IMG/VR virus record: IMGVR_UViG_3300031952_000013
Location: 1 to 64,000 of that record
Reading direction: 5' to 3' (one strand)
Origin: a virus
DNA: 64,000 nt
The position numbers were made by a program, and so were the translations under genes. Below, piece by piece: positions 57,233-64,000 of the stretch (the first letter of the stretch is position 1; every line of letters starts with the position of its first letter). The notes under the pieces are model-generated. The model was given only the letters and a program-made list of their open reading frames with translations, was not told the DNA's origin and made no database searches.

Positions 57233-58366
57233 TTGAGTCAGTGGAATATTTCTTGGCGGCCTCGTGGATTTGGCGGTGTAGTTGGGCAAGAGCATGTGGT
57301 TCTATTCTTTCAAAAAGTTCTGGCTAACTGGTTTGATAAAGGAGAAACTCTGCCTATTGGAGTTTTGTTTGGGGGGCCGAGTGGAGTCGGAAAAACGACA
57401 ATTGCTAGGATAATAGGGGCATCTTTAAACTGTGATTGTCGAGTGGGGGTGGAACCGTGTGGGATGTGTAAATCGTGTAAGGATATTATAACAGGTACGG
57501 GAGGGATTTTAGAAATAGACGCAGCCTTTTTTGGTTTAGTTGATAATATTCGACAATTAAGGCAGCGATTAAGTTCATATGCTTTTAGTTCTTACCAGGT
57601 TGTTTTAATTGATGAGTGCCATGTTATGTCCCGCGAGGCATTTAATGTCTTACTCAAGTTGCTTGAGGAGCCATTGGACAGGGTATTCTTTATTCTGGTG
57701 ACTACAGCGACAGATAAGGTTATAGAGACTGTAAGAAGTAGGTTGATTGAATTCCGCTTCAAGTCGCTAAAATGGGATGTGGTATTTCCTTACATTTCTA
57801 AACTCCTCCAGGCTGAAGGGATTTTGTGTGAGTCGGAGGACATTGTAAAAAAACTTTACATGATAGCTGACCACAATTTTAGGGAGTTGCTGATGATGTT
57901 GGAGCAAGCTGCGGTTGTGGGTAATGGTAATATCTCGTCGGATGTTCTTCGGGGGCTTTATGGGAATCTGATGGTCTTTGATTCTATCATTGATTCTCTG
58001 GTGGAAGGGGATTTTGTTGGAGCGATTTCGTATTACGATGAGTATAGGTCAATGCAGCCGGATTTTTCTATCTTCTTGTCGGGATTTTTAGATGTACTGA
58101 CGGATAGGTTGAAGGTTGGTTTGAGGTCTGGTGATTCACGTTCTCCAATATATTTAGCAATAATTAAGAGTGTGTATGAACTTTTAGGGATGCGTTTGAC
58201 GACTAAAGGGGGTGTACAGGCCAAGTTGCTTTTTGCGAATGTGGTCCAACTGGTTAAAGGAGCAGAGGCTGGTCGTACTGGAACAGGGAAGTCATTAAAT
58301 GAAGAAGATGTATTTAACTTACTGACTGGTAAAGGGAAGTCGGTAGGTGCTGAGTCGAAACACTAA
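57233..58366 (+). CDS. dnaX: Clamp-loader ATPase (Pol III gamma/tau-like)
   Basis: WRP..F..VVGQEH, GPSGVGKTT, C...PCGMCKSC, EIDAA, IDECH, AFN.LLKLLEEP, TVRSR. Confidence 0.92.
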   Translation: MSQWNISWRPRGFGGVVGQEHVVLFFQKVLANWFDKGETLPIGVLFGGPSGVGKTTIARIIGASLNCDCRVGVEPCGMCKSCKDIITGTGGILEIDAAFFGLVDNIRQLRQRLSSYAFSSYQVVLIDECHVMSREAFNVLLKLLEEPLDRVFFILVTTATDKVIETVRSRLIEFRFKSLKWDVVFPYISKLLQAEGILCESEDIVKKLYMIADHNFRELLMMLEQAAVVGNGNISSDVLRGLYGNLMVFDSIIDSLVEGDFVGAISYYDEYRSMQPDFSIFLSGFLDVLTDRLKVGLRSGDSRSPIYLAIIKSVYELLGMRLTTKGGVQAKLLFANVVQLVKGAEAGRTGTGKSLNEEDVFNLLTGKGKSVGAESKH

Positions 58367-58742
58367 AGAAGCCTATGGTCCCTATGAGTCTGCCTATAAA
58401 TCAATAACTCAAGACGCAGAAAAGGAGTTCCTGGCTAAGGTAGGAACCCTCACTGTGTTTCATAAAATCCTCATTGACCGAGTGGCTGATGCCTATGTTG
58501 CAGTCTTGAAGGCTGGTGAGATCACCCAAATTGGGGGGGATAATAAAGAGAAAGCGTCAGAACTCTTGACCAAGTGGTTAAGAGTTTCGTTAGCTGAACT
58601 GCATACGGCAGCCTTGGAAAAACAATCTAGGTTGCTATTTTTTGAGAAGGTTGTAGATATTGCTGAAAAGTCCGTCGCTGATGTATACTCTAGGAAGGAG
58701 TTGCTGACAAAGTTACGGGACTTGGTTGAGGAGAGAGGGTAA
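58347..58742 (+). CDS. Hypothetical helical protein (possible terminase small subunit)
   Basis: Position upstream of TerL only. Confidence 0.35.
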   Translation: MLSRNTKEAYGPYESAYKSITQDAEKEFLAKVGTLTVFHKILIDRVADAYVAVLKAGEITQIGGDNKEKASELLTKWLRVSLAELHTAALEKQSRLLFFEKVVDIAEKSVADVYSRKELLTKLRDLVEERG

Positions 58743-58763
58743 CTGGTATGTGGGAGGAGTCGG

Positions 58764-59792
58764 GTGAAAATTCGGGTAGATGTTTGTATCAATGGAGATA
58801 AGGTTGATATTGATTCGTCGTTTTTGGAGCGCAGGGAGTCGTGGCTGTCCGGTACAGGTGTGTATCTGGAATTTATACTGAAGGGTAGTTACTTGGAGCC
58901 GTTTGATTTTGATGTTGTGGTTGGTGGGGATGGGGCGACGGTGAGCCGCCATTCTTGGAATCGGTTTTTCTTGAATCTCAAGTCCTCTGCTGAGGTTGTG
59001 TTTGTGGTGAAGGAATCTGGTAAGGTAGTGGCTGAAAAGAAACTAAATTTTAATGTTGTTCCTTTGTCTGTGCCTTTGCTCTTTACTGTGCCTTATCTGA
59101 CCTATTATTCTGTCTCGGATATTCGATACTTTGCCAATCGGATTTCGGAGAATATGGTTGGTGGAACGAGATTTATTCTATTCTCGTCACGGACTCTTTC
59201 GTATCTTTCTAAGGTGGACATGAATCCAGAGGATGGTTTTTGGAAATTGCATGAGCTTGTTCTCTCAATTCTGACGGAAAGAGGATTGTCGGTTTATGTT
59301 TCTCCTTTTGACGATAAAACTCTCTATACGACTCATATTCTAAAACAACTGAGGCCGATGCTTTTGTCTTATGCAGAGCGGAATTTGAAGTTCAACTTGG
59401 TATGGGATTTGAGCAGTGGGATTTGGAAAAGCGGAGTTTCAGGGATAGTAGACAGTTTTTGTAATAAGTTTGGTAGGGAAATTAAGATCGCCACCTGTCC
59501 TGAGTTTGCGTCTAAATTGGGAGGGGAGGGGTTTGCTCAGATTGTGGTTCGTGGGCTAATGACTGATGAGGTTGAGCCGAATACTATGGGAACGAAGATT
59601 TTTAGAGTCCATATTGTGACATCGGATTTCTATAAACTGCGGTCCTTTGTGGCTAGCCTGGTAAAGAATGGTTGGGGAGTGGAATGTGTGATGGAGGATG
59701 TTCCATCTTATATACGGAAGGTGCAATTTTCTCTTGGCAACGCTTTGTATAAGGGGTTTTTAGATGCAGGTGGTGGAAAAGCAGCTGATTGA
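58764..59792 (+). CDS. Hypothetical protein
   Basis: 342-aa ORF with GGAGG RBS. Confidence 0.6.
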   Translation: MKIRVDVCINGDKVDIDSSFLERRESWLSGTGVYLEFILKGSYLEPFDFDVVVGGDGATVSRHSWNRFFLNLKSSAEVVFVVKESGKVVAEKKLNFNVVPLSVPLLFTVPYLTYYSVSDIRYFANRISENMVGGTRFILFSSRTLSYLSKVDMNPEDGFWKLHELVLSILTERGLSVYVSPFDDKTLYTTHILKQLRPMLLSYAERNLKFNLVWDLSSGIWKSGVSGIVDSFCNKFGREIKIATCPEFASKLGGEGFAQIVVRGLMTDEVEPNTMGTKIFRVHIVTSDFYKLRSFVASLVKNGWGVECVMEDVPSYIRKVQFSLGNALYKGFLDAGGGKAAD

Positions 59793-61434
59793 GTTAGCTC
59801 ATCCTTTTGATCGAGCCTTGTCTCGGATGAGGAATGAGGTTGATACAGCTAGTTCTGTCTTTGAATTTGAGCCGGTTCCTCTGCAAACATTCGTTACAGA
59901 TAAGGGATATTTGAGTCTTCCTCCTTTATCCTCTCGTCAGGCTGAGGCGGTGACTTACGCTACTCAGATTTATCGGGATGAGGAAATGAGGTTGTTGAAA
60001 TGGAGAAAGCACCGTCAGGTTGATGAGTGTGTTTTTCTCTGGGGTAAAGGGTCTGGGAAGGATTTTGTAGCTCGCATTATTCTTATGAGGATTGCTTATC
60101 TTCTTCTAGCGTTGAAAAATCCTCAGGCCTACTTCTACCATCCTGATATGCCGTGTGGGGTTGAGCGGATTGATATGCTAAATACGGCGACTACGAAAGA
60201 GCAAGCGGCTAATGTATTCTTTGGACCGTTGAAGAAGTACATCTCGACATCTCCATTCTTCAGGAATCGGGCGCAGGCATTCAGGTCGGAGATTAAGTTT
60301 GATAAGGCTATTCATCTTATTAGTGGGCATTCTGAAGCGGAGGCCCAAGAAGGTCTTAATTTGATTGCTGTTGTTCTGGATGAGATTGCGGCATTCAAGA
60401 CAGACGAAGAAGTGGCTGATATTAAGAGGATGAAACTCAGGAAGAATGTGCCGCAGTCAGCGGCTTCTTTGTATGATTTTGCGAAAAGTACAGTTATCAC
60501 TAGGTTTCCACAGGCAGGGAAAGTCATCTTGTTGTCCTTTCCTAGGTTCAATGGTGATTTCATTACGACTAAATATGAGGAAGGTAAAGACAAGCATCAT
60601 GTCTACGTAAGTAAAGGTGCGACGTTTGAAATTAATCCTATACGGAAGAAGTCGGATTTTGTTAGAGAGTTGGAAGAAAACCCAGAGAGGTATAAGGCTA
60701 GAATTCTTTGCGACCCAGGTATTGCTGAGGATGCATTCTTTAAGAATATGGCAGCAGTGAAGAGGAGCTTTAAGACGGAATTTGAATGCCCTGTGGATGA
60801 AACGACTGGTAGATTGAAGTCTTGGTTTGTGTGTAAAGATAATTTCTACCGTTTTGGTCATGTGGATTTAGCTAAGAACCGAGATAGGGCTGCTGTGGCT
60901 TTTTGTCACGCATTCCAGGTGGAGAAGAGACAGGTAGAAGTTAGGGAGGATAAAGAGGGCCAAGCAGAGACTAAAATTATTATTGTTGATTTGCCCCATG
61001 TTCGTCTTGATTGTCTGATGTACTTCAAAGCTCATCCTGGGGGAGAGGTTAATTTTGAGGTGGTTAGGGATAGTATCTTAGACTTTATTGATGCTCGTGG
61101 GTTCAAAGTTGAGTTAATTACTTTTGATGGTTATCAATCGGTCCAGATGAAACAGTCATTGGAGGCAAGGGGTATTGTGGTTGATGACCAATCAGTTGAT
61201 AGGACTAGGGAGGCTTATGAGACATGGCAGGATGCTATGTACGAGGGGAGATTTGTTTCCTATTATATCTCCGATTTGGTGGACGACGAAATTCCTTTTT
61301 TGATTGATTTTAAAGGACGTAAAATTGAGCACAGAAAGGGCGGAGGAAAGGATGGTAGTGATGCAGTTGCTGGTGCTGTCAATAACTGTGTGAAATCTGA
61401 GATGTGGGGATCGGTTGAATTTTGGACTGCATGA
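59764..61434 (+). CDS. terL: Terminase large subunit
   Basis: GKGSGKD, QA...F, VVLDE, LSFP; nuclease domain HVDLA..RD, TFDG.QS, KD.SDAVAG. Confidence 0.9.
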   Translation: MQVVEKQLIELAHPFDRALSRMRNEVDTASSVFEFEPVPLQTFVTDKGYLSLPPLSSRQAEAVTYATQIYRDEEMRLLKWRKHRQVDECVFLWGKGSGKDFVARIILMRIAYLLLALKNPQAYFYHPDMPCGVERIDMLNTATTKEQAANVFFGPLKKYISTSPFFRNRAQAFRSEIKFDKAIHLISGHSEAEAQEGLNLIAVVLDEIAAFKTDEEVADIKRMKLRKNVPQSAASLYDFAKSTVITRFPQAGKVILLSFPRFNGDFITTKYEEGKDKHHVYVSKGATFEINPIRKKSDFVRELEENPERYKARILCDPGIAEDAFFKNMAAVKRSFKTEFECPVDETTGRLKSWFVCKDNFYRFGHVDLAKNRDRAAVAFCHAFQVEKRQVEVREDKEGQAETKIIIVDLPHVRLDCLMYFKAHPGGEVNFEVVRDSILDFIDARGFKVELITFDGYQSVQMKQSLEARGIVVDDQSVDRTREAYETWQDAMYEGRFVSYYISDLVDDEIPFLIDFKGRKIEHRKGGGKDGSDAVAGAVNNCVKSEMWGSVEFWTA

Positions 61435-61448
61435 TTTAGGAGGATTTT

Positions 61449-62822
61449 ATGAACGCAGAAACGACTGTAAAAATGCCTGAGGATGTAAAACAAGAACCAC
61501 CTAAGAACACTCTGGCTGAGTTTGGTACTGTCGGTATGGTTACCGATATGATGACCTATCTCCAAGATGAGGTCTTGGACAGGAGAGACATTACTTTAGA
61601 CCAACTCATTCAGATGACCAAGTGTGACGGTCAGGCCAGGGGTATCTTGAATGCAATTAAATATCCTATTAAGATGGCCAGACCCACTGTTAAGGAAGCC
61701 GAAGGCGGGACTAAAGAGGCTGAATTTATTAAGAAAAATCTTTTAGGTCCACCCGCTTCTGGTGGTATGGATACAGCTATCCAGACGATTATTAGTAGAA
61801 TGGCTTTGGCTATTCGAGACGGATATAAGATTTTTGAGAAGGTATGGGAGCAGAGGGAGGGCATGATATGGTTGAAGAGACTGGCTTATCGAAGCACTCT
61901 CTGTACGGATTTTATCTATGATGAAAGAGGGGTTATTAAAGGGGCTAGACAACAGACCTCCTTCCAGGGGAAGAGGTATGATGTGGAATGGGATAAAGAG
62001 AAAATTGCCTACTTTATTTATAACCCAGAGGAGAACCCATATAAGGGAGAGAGTGACTTTTATCCGGTATTTTATCATTATGATAAAAAACACAAGTTGT
62101 ATGCGATTGCTCACTTGGCTTATCAGTTGAATGCCTGTCCCATAAGGATTGGTAAGCACCCACAGAACTTGGGGAAGGAAGAACTGGAAAAGTTTAGAGA
62201 CGCTTTAAAGTCTCTAGGGACTACGGTTGTTATGACATTTCCTAACACTTGCGAGATTGATTCTTTTGAAAGTGGTAGGAAATTGACCGAGTTTCTGGGG
62301 TTGATTCAGCATCACGATGGTATGATGTCTAGGGTTTTCTTGACTCAGTTTATGAATCTAGGTCAGGAGGGTAGAGGAGGCAGTTATGCTTTATCTTCAG
62401 ACCAGAGCGACTTATTCCTTATGTCCCTCATGTCGTTACTGTTTGATGTTGCTGATGTGTTCAATACTCAGGTCATTCCTCAGTTGATTGACTGGAATTT
62501 TGGTACGGATAAGTACCCGAAATTGACCTTTACTCCATTCTCTGATACAATTAGAACAGCTATCATGGACACCTTCAAGACCATTCTGGCTGCGAGATTC
62601 CCGCAGGTTAGTGCCGAGATGGTTCTGGAGTTGGAAAAGAAGGTTGCTGAGGAACTGGGGTTGGAGATTGACTATGTAGCAGTACAGGCTAGGATAGAGA
62701 AAGAACGCGCTGCGCTACAGAATATTGAGACAAAAGCCACACCAAACAGTAAAAAAGGAGGTCCGGGTACGACTAAAGGGGCGAATGAGGAAGAATCTGA
62801 CGGTGATTTGGCATCTCAATAG
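61449..62822 (+). CDS. Portal protein (DUF935-like)
   Basis: Follows TerL; G...FEKVW, NPYKGES, GGSYALS, Q.IP.L.DWNF. Confidence 0.85.
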   Translation: MNAETTVKMPEDVKQEPPKNTLAEFGTVGMVTDMMTYLQDEVLDRRDITLDQLIQMTKCDGQARGILNAIKYPIKMARPTVKEAEGGTKEAEFIKKNLLGPPASGGMDTAIQTIISRMALAIRDGYKIFEKVWEQREGMIWLKRLAYRSTLCTDFIYDERGVIKGARQQTSFQGKRYDVEWDKEKIAYFIYNPEENPYKGESDFYPVFYHYDKKHKLYAIAHLAYQLNACPIRIGKHPQNLGKEELEKFRDALKSLGTTVVMTFPNTCEIDSFESGRKLTEFLGLIQHHDGMMSRVFLTQFMNLGQEGRGGSYALSSDQSDLFLMSLMSLLFDVADVFNTQVIPQLIDWNFGTDKYPKLTFTPFSDTIRTAIMDTFKTILAARFPQVSAEMVLELEKKVAEELGLEIDYVAVQARIEKERAALQNIETKATPNSKKGGPGTTKGANEEESDGDLASQ

Positions 62823-62832
62823 GAGAGGGTGA

Positions 62833-63546
62833 ATGCCGTTCCGAAATCAGCACTCCTGTATGATTAACGAGAAGGTTACAGGTAATATCCAGTCGAAGAG
62901 AGCGAAGACACCGTTTGGAGAGGTTTGGGTGGTTACTGGTACAGGGCCAAACGGTAAGGAAGTAGTCAGGAGCATTAGATTTCCCGCTACGATGTCGGTT
63001 AGTTCGGCTTCAAGCATTTGCAAGCAACGTGGTGGGAGGTTTGAACCGGCTACACCTTCTGACCCAAAGGCTCAACTTCTTTCAGAGAATTATGGTTTTA
63101 ATGAATTGTCGGCTTATGCGAAGAAAACCATTTTACGGTCTCTGATTGAGAGTTTTGATATGCCTGAAGGTGATGATGTTCAGTTGGCTAAGTGGAAGTC
63201 AGCTTCAGTGAATGATTTGCCCGATTCTGCTTTTCTGATTATTCTTCCTGGGGGAAAGAAGGATAAGGAAGGTAAGACGGTTCCCAGGTCTAAACGGCTA
63301 CTTCCTTACAAGAACGCTAATGGTCAGATTGACAAAGCGCATGTGCGGAATGCGATGGCCCGTGTTAATCAGGTACATGCGCCAGCTTCAGCAAAAAGGG
63401 CTGCTCTTGCTAAACTTATCAGGATTGCAAAAGCTCTTGGGATGGATGTGCAGGAGAGAAAGAAATTCAAACTGAGTGATGTTGATTATTACCTGGGTAT
63501 CTTAGAAGGTCTGGAGAACTTAAATGCCACTTCCAACTCCAAATAA
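62833..63546 (+). CDS. Head-morphogenesis-region protein
   Basis: Between portal and protease-like gene; NDLPDSAF...LP......HVRNA.AR motif. Confidence 0.55.
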   Translation: MPFRNQHSCMINEKVTGNIQSKRAKTPFGEVWVVTGTGPNGKEVVRSIRFPATMSVSSASSICKQRGGRFEPATPSDPKAQLLSENYGFNELSAYAKKTILRSLIESFDMPEGDDVQLAKWKSASVNDLPDSAFLIILPGGKKDKEGKTVPRSKRLLPYKNANGQIDKAHVRNAMARVNQVHAPASAKRAALAKLIRIAKALGMDVQERKKFKLSDVDYYLGILEGLENLNATSNSK

Positions 63547-64000
63547 AGGCGAAAAGCAACAGGATTTTGTTTCTCGCTGTATTTCGTTTGAAACGAAGGC
63601 TTCTCCTGATAGGGAAGCCAACCAGATTCAAGCGATGTGTTACGCCCAGTGGAGAAGGGCCAAGGCGGGAAAACTGTCTGAGGAGGATTTTGGTACTATG
63701 GAGCATTATGCCCTCTTTGCAGACAATCAGGGTTACGCCTCACAATTTGCTAAGAAGAAGGGCGTTAGATTGTGGAGGAAGCAGATTCTCAAATTTGGAA
63801 CTTGGATTCATCCTGAAAATAAAGATATTACTTTTGATATTACTCCTAATGTGGTTAAGCAGATTATTGCTAATTTCAATTCTGGTGTTCCTGATGAAGC
63901 TCCGGTGACACTGACTCATTCGGATAATCCTAAGGATAAGACTGGTAAAATTAAGTCCTTTATTGAGACTTCTGGTGGGTTGGATGCTGTGTTTAGTTGT
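63524..64000 (+). CDS. Probable prohead protease/scaffold (partial, runs off the window)
   Basis: Open frame MPLPTPNKGEKQQDFVSRC...QILKFGTWIHP...PVTLTH...GKIK after a GGAG RBS; absent from the ORF track because it has no stop in the window. Confidence 0.6.
   Translation, partial: MPLPTPNKGEKQQDFVSRCISFETKASPDREANQIQAMCYAQWRRAKAGKLSEEDFGTMEHYALFADNQGYASQFAKKKGVRLWRKQILKFGTWIHPENKDITFDITPNVVKQIIANFNSGVPDEAPVTLTHSDNPKDKTGKIKSFIETSGGLDAVFSC

Noticed and set aside
39388-61434. Inteins or introns in PolA, RecA or TerL
   Set aside because: Lengths and motif spacing are normal; no intein termini or homing-endonuclease motifs were seen
1380-63706. Minus-strand ORFs in the six-frame track (e.g. 5826..6656, 20397..21110, 29245..29778)
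   Set aside because: They are antisense shadows of well-supported + strand genes and have no recognisable motifs
63567-63908. 113-aa ORF in the track
   Set aside because: It overlaps the better-supported frame starting at 63524, which has an RBS and protease-like sequence
1-64000. Genome-wide TAG recoding
   Set aside because: Long conserved genes are intact in the standard code, and many end in TAG directly before the next RBS or start

Overview
This window is part of a large tailed dsDNA bacteriophage genome. All credible genes lie on the + strand, which is strongly G/T-rich, with AGGAGG-type RBSs and sigma70-like promoters. Layout: (1) 1-7.7 kb, end of a tail/receptor-binding module: a 1470-aa beta-helix/tail protein ending in a (Cxx)n array, a stand-alone 247-aa (Cxx)n protein, and a radical SAM/SPASM enzyme carrying copies of the same Cys motif; (2) 7.7-14 kb, phosphoesterase, lysis cassette, SNF2 and DnaB helicases, and a primase Zn-finger; (3) 14-39 kb, many small accessory genes, an atypical tRNA-His, two G-rich repeat tracts, an AT-rich ori/terminus-like region, sigma-like factors and clamp-loader delta/delta'-like genes; (4) 39-58 kb, replication and recombination genes (PolA, SSB, RecA, split SbcC plus SbcD, beta clamp, RuvC, UDG, a second radical SAM, DnaX); (5) 58-64 kb, terminase, portal and head genes. 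The best candidate for a new system is at 3843-6908. The two Cys-array chains each have 14 blocks of near-identical size with mutually complementary linker types, and they sit beside a SPASM maturase. This suggests an in-register heteromeric virion fibre that is post-translationally cross-linked or metal-loaded. All protein calls come from motif recognition by eye; no database searches were run.
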